Of a stretch of 64,000 nt of DNA, positions 15,748 to 28,981 are shown piece after piece. Both the position numbers and the translations under genes were made by a program. The notes beneath the pieces are model-generated. The model was not told where the DNA came from. It did not search any database and was given only the letters and a program-made list of their open reading frames with translations. Within the stretch, counting starts at the first letter, position 1. Each line of letters opens with the position of its first letter. Source of the stretch: Raillietiella orientalis (taxonomy: Eukaryota); contig JAYWIR010000055.1 of the NCBI GenBank assembly GCA_036172245.1, positions 558,001-622,000 of the forward strand, given 5' to 3'.

Positions 15748-18700
15748 ATCTTCACAGAATACGGAGGCAAAAGCACCTTCGGCAACCAAGCTCCGTGCAC
15801 TATCGGAAGGGATTACCACATCCACAGTGCTTCAAAAGAATTTCGTGTTTAGGATTCACTGATTAACGCATTTCAAATGTTTTAATCGCCTACGTGATCG
15901 GTCACTCTGCATGTGAGTCTACATGATAATCCGTCTGATAGAGTGCTCCATCTCAGATATGTTTAAAAAGTCAAGAAAATGCTTCTTTTAATCATTCCTG
16001 AGGAGAGATTTCGATCCAAAACATTTATTCCACATGATGAAAATCTTATTTTTCCATTGGATCCATATTGATAAATTTCAAAAATCGATCGTAAATATCT
16101 TTGGAAATGCATTTTGAAAGCAGAACAGCATTCCATCTGTTGAATAGCATTTTACCCTATTATATCCAAGAGTTGGCGTGGTTGCAATGAATAAAGACAA
16201 GAAGAATATCTGATTATTTACTGCCAAAACTTGACTACCTCATCCTCAAGAGTTGTTTTTCCTTTCATGCTGACGTGTACGAGACAGAACCTGCAATGAT
16301 TTTCCATTGCAAATTGCCTGAAATGCATCAACACACAATCTGTTACTGTTAGACGATTTTCTTGATTGCCTCCATAAGCAAGTTTTTTTTCAGTCTTCTT
16401 CATGACTTCTAACTCCAAACGAAAACCTCTCTATTCAACTACAATTTATTTGGGTATGAAAAATTCCTAATTCGGCACACTCATCTGCATTAGTGTAGCC
16501 ACCATTTTTTCTACGTCAGTGTGGTGAGACATGTATGTTGCTGTTAAGCCATTCTGATTGTAATCCTCATTATTTTCAAAGTTGTCGGTACGTTATCAAG
16601 ATTTCGGAGGTTTGAGCACTCTAGATTTGTACATTCAGGGCATCATATAGAAGTCCGATGGCATAGAGAGCAGTGATATTTATGTCGCAGTTCTTTTGTA
16701 GTGATTTCCACGAAACAACAAGAGAATAGGGAATGTGGATTGTAAATTAAGATTTTAATCACATCATTAGTCAACTTTGGTTTTGAAGCTAAATCACTGG
16801 ACCCTAATATTAGACGCCTGATCTGACATGGAAGATCTATGATCAGCAATAAAGTTTTTCCCTTTTTGCATCTGTGGAATTTCACTCCATGCTCCGATTT
16901 ATTTGTAAGATATCTACCTCAGCATTCATGATTTTGACAGTGTAATCTAGTGAAAAGTATTTAATCTAATGAAGACTCATAGTTTCTTCGATTCCTTTCA
17001 TGGGGATTTATCTTTCTTTTTGGATCATGATAGTAATTGCATTGTAAAACTGCCAGTGCATTTTAAATAAATTTTTTATTCGACATTCTGAGGCTCCGTC
17101 ATTTTTCTGATGACAAGAATCACCTAATTTTGTCACTTTGGAAATCATCTGAGGATCTGTTTCTCACAAAGAGTCTTTTTCTTTACAGACCTTTCGATAA
17201 CATGTTCATTCTCAAAAAGAATATTTCCACTTTGTAAACTGGTACAGTAACATCGGGCTAATCACTTTTCATTCGATGCTTAGCACTGAAAGAGTCACCA
17301 GCAAATCGCTGGACCAATACTGAGATCATTTTACTGAGGCAACAACTTAGAAGACCTACCTCACAGTGCTATGTTTGCACTTACTCAACTATTAGAAAAA
17401 GCGGTGTGGCTATAAAATCGCTCTAGTAATTTGTCTTTTGTATAATTAGGATTTGGACGACCAATAAAATCCACACTTCCTGCTGAAAGCCAAGTATTTC
17501 TCTAGAGTTCCAAACCTCCAATTATGTCTACTTTATCACGCACAGGAAACATCTTTGTCATGCTATCATGCCATTTTTGACATTACATGATGGGAGAAAT
17601 GGAACCGGTACGAGATTCAATGTCATAGGGGTTCAATTAATCGGGAATAAGATTTAAGAGCTTAAAGAATAAATAGTATTAGAGAAATTGGCATTCCAAA
17701 TTATGGATAAAGAAAAAAATGAGGTCATTAGTTATCGACTCTCGTGCTGCAATCGTTGAAAGCAAATTGCCAAGACACAATTTCAATATTTTCGACCTCT
17801 GTGTGAGTCCATAGTCCTTAGATTCGAAACTGTTGCAAACGACTAGCATAGTTTCAATTAAATGACTGTTTTTAGCAATGATGGAATCTCTTGAACAGTT
17901 TTGAATTCAAAGATTTATGTTCTGGAAGGCAAATGATCAAACCATTCATAAACTAAAATGACTTGCAGTCGTTGATCATACGTTCCTATAGAGGTTCAGT
18001 ACAAAGTAATCAAAATAATTACTCGCAATTAATCCGCATCAATACAAGTACTCTAACTATACATCAATATAAGCACTTTCTATCTAAAGCGTGCACGATG
18101 AAATAGAAGGTAATGAATGACATGAGATAATATCCAAAAAAAATAAAATGGAGATACTGTGAATTGATTTTCTAAGAAAATGCATTCCCGTGAAGAATTT
18201 TTTACTCTGGGATAGCAAAAGTATTTTCTAGAATATCTACACAGTAACTATCCATATAGAAATGTTGCCTCAGGAAAACCCGAAATAGATTGTAAAGTAG
18301 ATTACGAGACATTGTCATTACTTTTTAAATCCCGAAAGAAAAAAAAGCATACAAAAGAACTGAGGAACTTGAAGTGGATCTGCTCGACGAGAAATCGTTT
18401 CCATACACTCACGAATGCATCGGTGCAATGAATGTAAAATCCAGCCATTAATTGATAGTAAGTCTAAAATTTCATTTTATCTGAATTCAAGAAACCAAAA
18501 GGTTCTTGCGAGTTCTACTTCGGACAGTTTAATTTAAAAAAAAAAAAAAAAAAGTCTCTCTAATTTGAGAAATATCTCGACACTGAGGCAATTTGATTTC
18601 AGCTTCATTTAAGCGGTCTGGAGTCAAGAACTAGACGGCGACAAATCTTTGTGGTTCTTTAACACGGCTTTTTGATTGCACCCCAGCTGGTGATGTACGA

Positions 18701-18900
18701 AAACCCAGCAGAAAAAAAAATAAACCTTAAAATCGATTGCCGTGTGAGGAGAAGCGGAATTTCAGTTGGACATGGAAGACCACTGAGTTTCCGTGTCATT
18801 TCTAGTTCACACCTGTCCCCATGTGAAGCACCGCAGCCTTGCATTTCTGCAAATGGAAACCCAATCCGAATAGAAATTTCGTGTGTGAGACACACACCAG

Positions 18901-19191
18901 GCATCTTCCGTGCGGTGCAACCCTGACTGGGAGGTCGAATTTTCTGCGGGCCCACCACTGTGCAAGCCTGGAAGTTTTCCTGCGGTGTGCCCTGCGGGCG
19001 GGCTCGCCAGGTACCACCAGCCCCTCCTTCAGTCGCTGGCATGCCCGTGCACCATTGTGAAAACCAGTTTGTTCGTAAAGAATTCTTGCAAAAAGTCAAT
19101 AAAGGTGCACGTAGTCAAGCGCGACATCCCGCGCTTCCCTGTTGGCATCAAGACGGCACCAAAGTTATGTACCCCGACAGTCCATTCGTAG
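18901..19191 (+). CDS. Candidate terminal exon of a small Cys-rich uncharacterised gene convergent with sestrin
   Basis: GC-richer island in AT-rich DNA. Acceptor ACCAG| at 18900 is followed by an open frame ASSVRCNPDWEVEF...ACPCTIV...KLCTPTVHS* with many G/C-ending codons. Tandem AATAAA on + at ~19448-19465. A possible first exon 18692-18743 (MYENPAEKKINLKIDCR|GTGAGG) is phase compatible. Confidence 0.25.
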   Translation, partial: ASSVRCNPDWEVEFSAGPPLCKPGSFPAVCPAGGLARYHQPLLQSLACPCTIVKTSLFVKNSCKKSIKVHVVKRDIPRFPVGIKTAPKLCTPTVHS

Positions 19192-19569
19192 TGTGAGGTT
19201 ACGAATTGGATACTGAATGGAAATTAGGTCCCTGCCGTCCGCTAGAAATCATATAACTCTTGCAAGGTTTTTCTTTTCGTTTCTTTTTTTTTTTTTTTTT
19301 TTTTTTGACTGTCGTTGTTGTGCCTACTTTTCCTACTTATTGTAGTAAAATAACGTGTGAATAACGTGTCGTAAATTGCATTGCTACGTTAAAACAGGCG
19401 GCGAGTTATGTTCAACAGGGTTTGTAGTTAAAATTATAAAAACAAAAAATAAATAAATAAATAAAATGCACGAACAGCTATGCTAGTAAACACTGAACCA
19501 TCAAACAAAACATGCATTAACGCATGTTTCTCAAGACATATATTTAATGTCACTGTTTGTGTGTATGTC

Positions 19570-21112
19570 TTACAAAGCCATATATTTCATCAGAGCACGA
19601 ATTGCATACAACAGTTCTACCTGCATGCGAGCTTCGCTTACCACCACAAGAATATGCACTCTCTCTGAATAGTGCAGCTCTCCCAACACCTGGTTGAGAT
19701 CAGATGGTGCCAGTCTCTCAGGCCAACAGCAGGCAGCCTTTAGAAAAGCACGGAGTGGCTCTTTAAGTAGACTAGCCACCTGACCATAGTCACAGTCATC
19801 ATGCCTGACACCCAAAGTGCATTGCACATAATTCCACAAAGCCTGGCGAAGAGCACCAGTATCAACAACTTGTCGGGAACCAAGAGTATGGTAAGTGAGA
19901 TTGGCAGCCATCTTAAAGCGTTCATCCAGCCACAAGCCTGATTCCCCATACAGACGATTGAGTAAGCTATAACCATGAGTTTCCCAAGAACAATCTTGTG
20001 CTCTTAACATCAGCCCATCCCGCAAACGACATCGCCCAGCCTCAGGTAATTCACTCCCAAAGCTACACATCTCTTCATTAAGGGCTGGTAGGTTGTCAGT
20101 TTGACCACCATCCATAGGGTCCAATGCTAGAAGGGAAGCAAGAGCACGGTTCCTTTCTTCATCGGTCATTGGAGCAGCAGGTGGTGAAGAAGCCAGCATA
20201 CACTTCAGCAGTGATGCCTCTGGTGCTGCACAGGACAAGATGCCACGAGTAGACAACAGATTGCTTGGTTTATGCCCTTCTCTTGTAAGAGCTTGCTGGG
20301 AACCACACCTACTCAAGCCACATGCCAAGACAAAGCTTGACAGTGCATGAACATGTGACATCAGCACCATAGCTTGCATGACTTCAGATAATGACCAATT
20401 ATCTTTGGCTTTGGTGAGCATCTGCAGGTTAGCTTGGGATCAAAGCCATTCTCTTTATGGCTACTTAATAATACTAACCTCAATGTGCGATTTTTCCAAC
20501 AACCATGGTTCGTGAGCTAAAATTTTATTGATTTGGTTCACCATTTGTAATTTTTCGGGAATATGGGAAAGGCCTTTGAGCCATTGCAGATCTCCGCCGT
20601 TCATGGCAAACTCGTCTTTGTAATGTTCTACTAAATAAATGCACTGATGTTGTGCTGCTGCCTAAAAATAACAAAGCAACGAAAACACATGAGATGAAGA
20701 AACGGATCTCACCATGATAGCAATGTAGTAACGATGGGTATACGGAAGAGGCCCATCTCCCTTAAATAAAATGTTATCAGTTTTGGCGAAGCACTCAAAA
20801 TACTTTGGATGATGATTCAGCTGATTTATTAACTCGTCTATATTATTTTTTGGCCTGAATGCATCCCCATACAGAACGATCTGAAATACGAACAATATGT
20901 TAACGTGCTGCGGATAAGCTTTGGGTAAAACTTTAAATATTCAAAATTTCCCACGGATTTTCGAAGGTGAAATGCAAATGAAAGTTTACTGCTTCCAGCA
21001 ACTACATCCTTCTAAATGGGATCAATTCATTTCTTAAAATACAAAAACATTGAAATCTGTACGAAATCTTATGAAAACGAAAGCTCACTTCAGACTTTTC
21101 TAAAAGACCCAT
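19570..21112 (-). CDS. SESN: Sestrin, 4 exons, ~408 aa
   Basis: Exons 21112-21089 (MGLLEKSE, least certain), 20880-20713, 20661-20479 and 20421-19570. Motifs: [109 protein letters not shown], SERVH...EARMQVELLYAIRALMKYM. Confidence 0.93.
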
Positions 21113-21276
21113 TTTTGTTTTTATGGCTTCTGCTTCTATATGCTCCACTTTGGTTGCAAATACATACAAAGCTAACACTTTTACCACTTGGGAATAGGCC
21201 GACAATATGTCTCATTGAACACAGATCGTTGTTTAAAATTTTTTTATCACAATATGACTAGTCAGTCAGACTTTTT

Positions 21277-21320
21277 TATATATATATATAGAATATATAT
21301 ATATATATATGTATATATAT
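21277..21320. repeat. Interrupted (TA)n microsatellite
   Basis: Direct reading of the sequence. Confidence 0.9.
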
Positions 21321-21581
21321 GGAAGAATCAAATTTAACACAGAAGTATATCGGAGAAATAATTCTGAAAAGTAGAAAACGGTGAGTTTCGCATCGCAAAC
21401 TCGAATCGAACATGGTCTTTTCGAAAATGCTTCCATACTCTTTCAGAAAACCATCAGCAGGTTAGAAAACAATAACCACAACGCAAAGGAGAATGACTTA
21501 TAGAATATTACTATCAGAACAATGAGAACCGATCTAGGCTCAGCAGGATCAAACGATCAGCTGTTTTCATATTCGTTTCTG

Positions 21582-21658
21582 ATTGGCCGCCGGTTCGCCA
21601 ATCGTTGCCTGGCTGCCTCAACGCGTAGCAACTGTTATTTAATACAGAAAGTGTTTAC
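21582..21658. promoter_or_regulatory. Putative sestrin promoter elements: two opposed CCAAT boxes and a FOXO consensus site
   Basis: ATTGG 21582-21586, CCAAT 21598-21602 and TGTTTAC 21652-21658, lying ~470-550 nt upstream of the inferred sestrin ATG at the AT-rich/CpG-rich boundary. These are short motifs, so chance occurrence is possible. Confidence 0.35.
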
Positions 21659-24600
21659 TTGTTTGGGTTTGCGTTGTCCAGGAGGAAGCACCCTGACAAA
21701 GAGGTGGTAACCCGACCGTAAGATGAGCTGCAGTTTCGCGTATTCCGTTGGCATGCCGAGCGTTGCGGGTTGGTTACGGGATGAGTACGCGCGCCTCGTG
21801 GTATGCCGCCGCCGTGTGGCCCGGTCCCCTCGTGGTGCGGGATGGTATGGAAGAAGAAGAATGGTGGTGTGTGGTTCGGCGGCGTGGAAGTGAATTACCC
21901 CGGAAGCATTCGCAAGAAGCAGTTTGGTTGATGGATCCCCCCCCCCCGCTTTTTTTTTTTTGGAAAGGGGGGGGGTCCCCCACACGGGCAGGCCAGCGGT
22001 GGACCGTTTCTCCCACCGCTCTCATTCATCTCCCCCCGAGCGGTTTCACGTGTACATCCGCGGCTGGAAGGGTTGGAAGAAGACCTCCGTGTGGAAGCGC
22101 GCCGAGTGTGGGCACCAAGGTGGTGGTGGTGGTGGTGGTGGCGGCGGCTGCCCCCGAGGCGAAGGGGCGTTGCGTGCCCTGGGGATCGCTTCTGAGAAGG
22201 GTGCTTGCTGGAGCACCGGGAGCCCGTCCCAGGCCAAGGTGCATCCTCGGAATATCCGAGTGGAGGAGCGGAAATGCGGGACAAGCGGGCTTTGGCGGGG
22301 GAGGGCTTCGGCAGCCCACGGGGTGCGGCCCGTGGAGGTGCTGCCGAAGCAATTTCGGAACGTCTTCTCCCGGCCACCACCTCCTCCGCCGGTGGTCCGG
22401 GCGTCGCGTGTTTCCCCGTGCACCGGGGTATGGCGTGGGGCGGGCGCACACTTCCGTGTTCTCCACTCATCTCCGGGCTTCGTTGCGAGGGGGCCGTTCG
22501 CCCGAATGGAGTTTCCACGTCCGCCCGAGCAACTGCCGCGCTTGACAGCCCCAGAGGAAGTGGGTTGTGGCGCGGTCGCCGCCGCCGCCGCCGCCAAGCC
22601 AGACGTGTCATCATCATCATCATCACTTGTCATCATTCTGAATGCTGGAAGCTGCTGCGTTTCCGCGGCTTGCCGAAGCCCAGAAGCTTTTGACCCGCCG
22701 GTCCTCGGCAGGTTTCTTCAGCATGGGGAGCGCGCGTGTGGAGGTTGGCCCGCCCGGCGGTGCCGCGCCGAAAATTTCCTTCCCAGCCCCACGGACGAAA
22801 TTTCCCCCTACTTTGAAAATGTGCTGATTTTCCTTTTCCTTTCTTTTCCTTTCGATCCACGCAACGGAGTCTGAGAGAGATTTGGCAACGGCCACCGAAA
22901 AACACACGCAAAAAAAAAAAAAAAAAAAATGGGGGAAAAAATGGAGAAGCGCAAATCGTAGGAAGTTTCGCCTACGATTGGTTAGATGAGCGCGTGTCCT
23001 TTCCATTCGTGAAATTATTCAAACGGACTCCGAAGGTTAACAAAGGTGGTCACATCCGTCGGCGTCGGCGGCTTCGAAAGCTCCGCCGTGCATCCCCGAA
23101 TAGAGGAGTGACTTGGAAGCCGCTCGCGCCTTTGTTCTCGCGATAACGGTGTGTGTTTTGACGGTTCCGTGATAACGTCTCATCAATAATCGGTGTTAAT
23201 TCCGGGGTGTACGAAAAAGAAAGTCGGATGAAAGAGAAGAAGGAGAATCCTCTAATGCGCACGCGCGCGACTCTGCGGACAAAGCGCGGCGGCTCTTAGC
23301 GGGGGGACACGGAACGATCTTTCCCCACTCCGCCGAAGACCGGCAGCGAATCGCGAAACTCGAGTAGACGGAAGAGACGGAGAAGCCGACCGCGTTGCCC
23401 TTTGTGATGCCAATGATGAATCATCCTCGCGAAAGGCAGCTCGAACAAACAGCCAGTGCTGATGGAAGGCTCCGCGGAGGAAAGAGCTCCCTCCGCTGCA
23501 GATGGCTCACCATCTGAAAGGGTGTTTTCCGCGGCTCTTGCTGTCGTTTCCTTAGGGCTTTCCGTGCTTCAGCTGCCGAAAGAAGAATCCGCATCACATA
23601 CAAACACCACGCAGCAGCAGCGTTTCACTGCCACGGCGCCGGTGCGTTTTGAGCGGGGAAAAAAAAGACGGCTACCCGATTCGCCCCCCCTTGGCAGCAC
23701 CACCGCGCACTACGTAGTACCGCCGGGGATGCTCCGGGGTTCCTCCGGATCTGCCTCTTGGAGGCGTGCCTGGAGACGTGCGGGATCGACCATCGCGGAA
23801 GAAGCACCGCGGCGTGCTCGCCGTGTGCTCCTGCGGCGCGAACAAAGCACATCCCTTTTCGCCCATCCGTTCTCGTGGACGAAGGGAGAGGGGCTCGGTT
23901 GCCATGCGACCGGGAAGCGTCGGAGAGGCCGCGGATCGCCGTCATCTCGTCCCGGCATCGTTCACCTGCGGACCTCAGAGGAATCTCCCGGCAACGGTCC
24001 CGTGACGGAGTGGATGACGAAGCATTTCGCACGGATGCTGCTGCCCCTTTCCTTCTTCGCTCCTTTTTTGGCAGAGACCAGGCTCCGAGGTCTCCGGAGG
24101 CAAGCCGAATTTTCTGAAGGCCGTTGCGGACGAGATCTTTGCCTGCTCACGGAACCTCTTTGTTTCTTTTCGTAACGCAGGGTTCCGAAGGTGAAGAAGA
24201 TGAGGAAAGGAAGCTGACCGGCGACGGTGCGTTTCCAAGCGTCGTTCCAAGTCTTGCGGTGACCACTTGCCCTCCCCGGATCGAAAGGGGTGCGCTCCCC
24301 CCTTCGAGCTGCTCAGCAGCTTTCCGTTGGCGAATCGGCGTGGCGTGCAAAAAAGGATGATGGGGGGCGTTTTTTCCCATCTCGATTGCTTGGATGCGTC
24401 TCCCCTTTCTCCTCAGCGGATAAATCGCCTCGGGCAATTTTTGATTTCGAGAATAAAGGTTTTCTCTTTTTTTTAAAGAAAAAATATATATATATATATT
24501 TGAATTTGTTCTTGCGGGACGAAAAAACACACTCGCGCTTTTTCAAGAATTTCGATTTCAAAGTGCCCCCCCACCCCCCCTAGCTTTCGTGTGCCTGCGA

Positions 24601-25282
24601 CGGGTTCGAAGAAGCCCTGCGCCTCCTCCGACGGAAGAGTCCCAACGTTTCGAGGACGGAACGCGCGACTTTTTTTTTTTTTTCCAAGGATTCCGACCTC
24701 TGTCCGCGTCAGCGACCACTCGCAGGTCCGTCAGCTGCCCTCGCCCCGCGCACGGAACCAGGGCAGCTCTCGCACCACATGATTGCGCCCACACGCGTTC
24801 TCCCGGACCAATTTTTGGATGTGTACAGAGGAAGCGTGTACATATACGAAAATCTGCAACAGGGAGGACGGCGAAACGTGGAAGAAAGTAGTCCCAGCAT
24901 CTGAGAAACGCTCTGCCGCACCCTACCCTCCTTTCTATCCCCCTCCCCCCCGTTACTAAGCCGTCCCCATGCGTGCGGGAACGTGCTCCCGCCTCGCTCT
25001 GCCCTAGGGAAGCATCTCCAACATGGAGCTGCCTCCTTTTGCATCGATCCTCCAGCATCACCATGTGTGTTTCGTGTGTGTGTTTTTCGAGTACGATTAC
25101 AGAGCGAGACGATGGTCATTCTCGTTAAACGGCGGGAGGGCTCCGCACTGGGCACGTGCTGCTGCCGCACCAGTCGGAAGACCACCGATAGTCTCTGCGT
25201 TTCAGCATCGGTGACTGCCGTTTCCCAGGTCATCTGCTTTAATGAATTAGCAACTACTGCGGTGGTTTCTACTTTGCTGTGC

Positions 25283-25327
<45 letters not shown>
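25283..25327. repeat. Compound (GT)n(GA)n microsatellite
   Basis: Direct reading of the sequence. Confidence 0.9.
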
Positions 25328-26121
25328 CACGATCTACAAGTTGAAGCGTGTCTCGCAGGGCGCGTTCCGACCGGGAGAATTCCTGTACACAATCCCATTA
25401 TTCGTTTACGGCTCATTACCAGAGGTCGCCTTCCCATCTGCATTTTTCCGGGTCCCGCACTGCACAACGACACCTCGCAGCGAGTGTGACCGCCGTATCT
25501 GCCCATCGTGAGAATGCTGAGCGCGTGGATCCCAGGACCACGGGAAAACCCCCGTCGAAAAATCAGGAGGCAGCGTTCGTCGCAGGCAGAGAGATGATTT
25601 ATCCCGGGCGCATCGGGAGCGCCCGCTCCAGCGTTTCGCTGTTATCCGGCGAAAAAGCGTTCCCGTAAAGGAAACGCATCGAGCGGATGGCAAAGTAACT
25701 CTCCAGGAAAGGCACAATGAATTCCTCTCTCTCTCTCTCTCTCATTTTTTTCGCGTTTATTGCAGCGGATCTATAAATTTAACATATACCATGCGCAGTA
25801 AACTGATCTGCGGGATGGTGGTGCATGGGTAGAAAAGAAACACTGCAGGTGCTATTTTCCGAAGAGAAAGAGAGGGAGGGGGCGGGGACGAGATCGTCTG
25901 CTGTTATTTAAAAGGCATTTGCTTCCCGTGTTTCGGAACAGGGAATCTCACGGTGCACACTTCCAGACGTGGTGGATATCCCGGCCGCCGCCGACTGGAC
26001 CGACAAAAAAGCAGTAGCCCTCCCCCCCCCCCCTTTCCTTTCCTTGGCGAAACGCGCCGAAATCTCCAGCACTTCGCGGTTTGATGCGGCTCGAAGGCGA
26101 TGGGGTCCGCCCTCAAGCGCA

Positions 26122-27500
26122 ATGGTCAGTGAAGCGCCCTCTCTGCACGAAGAGCGCAGAGAAGAAGCCTGGATGTCGGGGAGGAGCACCTCTCCCCCCC
26201 GACGTGGATCAGGTGGTCCAAGAAACCCGCTTGAGAAAAAACCTGACTTGGAACATCTTGCGACCGTGCGAAGTGGACGCATGGATTCAATAAAGGGGTC
26301 CTGGAAAGTAAGCAGCGGTGTTCCCCCTCGTGTTAGCGCGTACGAAACACGCGTGTCCGGAAAGAAAAGCTGGGAGGCACGAACGCACCATTGGTGGTGC
26401 ACGAACGATGTCCTTCCCCCCCACTTTTGAAGATCCCCGTTCTTTCTGTCTCCATGGGTCCGGCCCGCACGGGAGCCGTTCGGTGCGCAAGAGGCGCAGC
26501 TTCCAAGGGAACGAGTTTCCCAGCAAACCGGTCCCGACGCCCGCACCTCATCGTCTTAAGACGGTCTCCCGGTTCGCCCTCGCGCATTTTTTTCCGGAAA
26601 GGGGGGGCAGAAGGGAACGTGCGGGAGGACCGCGCGCCCTGGCTGGAGGGGGGGGGAGGGAGGGAGGAAATCGATCGCCCGACGGGGGAAAAGTTCCAGG
26701 AGAGGATCTCGCGACCTCCGAACTGGCAAACGTCGGGGAAGGACAAGCCCTCACGCGGGAAAATGGGCCGCTCATGTGGATGGCTGCTCGACTGCAGTGA
26801 CCACCGCCACCCGGCAGCGAGGAGCCACCAACTGGGCCGAGGCAAGCAGCGCACAGGCGGTGCGAGGCTCCGGAGACTGCAGGCCCACCCGAGAACGGGC
26901 TTCCTCAGTCCGCGGCTGGGGAAGGGTCCCTTGGAAGGAAGGGTGACCGAACGTGAGCTGAACGAGAGATGAGTCGAGGTTTTTGCACCGGCAAACGGCC
27001 GATGAAAAGCGAGCGCGCGATGAAAAGGCCGACTGCTAGACCTTTTCTTTTTCCTTTTTTTTCCTTCTTTCTAGAGGCAGTCGGTCCTCCTTTTGGACCA
27101 AGTTCCGCCGGAGCTGAGAAAAGGGCGAGCTCTCGGAGGAACAATGCCCCGAGCACCCTCTTTGTCCCGGCTCACAAAGAGCTCCTCCTTAGGTGGTGTG
27201 CGTCAGGCGGACCTAGCGATTGTTGTGCCCGAATTCTTCGGCAACTGCCCGAAAAGTCGACGCACTGCCTGCCGGTCGACTTTTCGGGCACGGGGAGAGC
27301 AAAACCCTGCCGGCAGTTCAGTGCAGTGCCGCCAGGGCGGCACTTCGAAGGAAGTTCGGTCGGCTCCCAGAAAGCGAAAACGCCAAAGAAGTTCTTCTTT
27401 GGAAGCGGCGTCCGTTGGGTCACATCCGGAGCCAACCGTCGGCGCTTGTCAGATGGGAAGACACCCAAGATCATTGCAACGTGAACAAATGACTCTGTAA
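26122..27500 (+). CDS. Candidate two-exon uncharacterised basic/disordered protein
   Basis: Exon 26122 (or 26173)-26307 (…MSGRSTSPPRRGSGGPRNPLEKKPDLEHLATVRSGRMDSIKGSWK|GTAAGC) joins in phase 0 to a strong polypyrimidine acceptor (TTTTTTCCTTCTTTCTAG|27075). The frame stays open to TAA 27500 and includes an NLS-like PRKRKRQR. Confidence 0.35.
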
Positions 27501-28981
27501 AAAATTACGACACCCAAAATAATTACATCAGGCTGCACCTAGTGGGGTACGAGTTGTGGGTGAACCAGGCCACAGTTTCCTGAATTCAGCTTTCGTGCAG
27601 AAATTCCCGGACTCATCAACAGAATGGTTCGTTTAAGTTATCCTCGACTTCATACGATCGAAAATTATTTTCATGACGTGAAGATGAGGCGTGTTTCAGG
27701 GCAAACACTTTCATGGATTCCATCGGATCAGCACCGTATGCCAAAACGGAGGGAACCAGAACGCCCTGCTGGATCAGGAACGGCAGCCGAAGAGTGCTTG
27801 CAGGACGTGGTCCCTCCCTGTCGCTCGCCTCAACGGCGGATTGCTTCCTCCCAAGTGCCTGAGGAGCCTCGTTTGGACGCCAGCAAGAGGAGCCTCCTGC
27901 CCAGAAAGCACCACACAGTTTCAGGCCGAGGCGCCAAACGGCAGGGAGGAGCACGGTAGGAGATTTTTGACGTCTTCCGATCCACGCTGCCCTCCGACCG
28001 CAAACGCAAACGCTCGCTTCTCACTGTCGTCACCGCATTCTCATGCTTTAATGACCGAGCGTTTTCAACGATGGATACACAGCAATTACGAAATGCACGC
28101 GGTGACGTAGCACATTGACTGACTTCTCTGATTATTTGCCATTCTTTGGAATGGAAATTCTCTTTCTACGAATCTCGATGAGCGTTACAACGTGGCGTTG
28201 AGGTGCATTTGGCGTCAGCCGGCAGTGTTAAGCTGCCCATCCTCCCTGCGTGCTTCCAGAGGATCACCGAGGGATTTCTCCGACACGCCTTCTCGTCGCC
28301 GCTTCCATCCCGACCGAGGTGGGTGTGGGTGTGGCTTCCACCTGAGATTTGGCCAAGCCCCCTCCACCTTGTCCTCTTGCTTGCCCCAACGCAAATGCCG
28401 ACGACGTGAGAGCACATAAACTCGGGCACGGCCGCTTACCAGGACGCTTCCTGCAGAATCCTGGTCTCATGTGTACGTGTTCCCACTCCCCTTTCTGATT
28501 TCAGGACTGCAATCCCCATGTGTACACGAGCAGCTGCTGATTTGCAGAACTTGTCAACACTCTGCCAAACCAATTAAGCTTTTTGAAAATACTTGGAAAG
28601 GCCTTTTAAACTCGAGAATGCAAATGTCTAATTCGTACAAACTTATTTTCTCCGGAAGTTGCAAGGGGGAAGCAACTTTTTCTTTCGAACAGTGCGAATC
28701 CAAGTTTGAGGGTCGAAAAAGGAGGAATTGATAAAGTTTGGCAAACCATGATCACGTTTTGTTTTGACGTCTTCTACTTTGCTTTCCCGAGGAGATTTTA
28801 TAGTCATGTTGCCTTGAACCGCGCTGTATTTTCTCGATTTGCTCTTCCGGGTAGGAAGAAAAAAAAAAAAAAGGAAAGAAAATGATCAAACTCATCGGAT
28901 TTCGTGTGAGCAACTAGTTCGAAGCTTTGGATTGATCCTTTTTCCCGAGTTTTGTGATGCAGTCGGTACTGCATCTTCGCG

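Noticed and set aside
16200..17950. Stop-interrupted AT-rich frames as a decayed transposon or endogenous viral element
   Set aside because: Hand translation gave no recognisable transposase, reverse transcriptase or viral motif.
18672..19196. Two same-frame ORFs separated by a single TGA (possible selenoprotein)
   Set aside because: No selenoprotein motif around the TGA and no SECIS seen. A different frame has better codon bias.
21748..25717. Many long overlapping ORFs on both strands (up to 316 aa)
   Set aside because: Expected in GC-rich, stop-poor DNA. They run through microsatellites and homopolymers and show no domain or consistent splice model.
26230..26307. MDSIKGSWK resembling the ABRA/STARS pre-Costars segment
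   Set aside because: No downstream NPFS or Costars-domain exon could be found.
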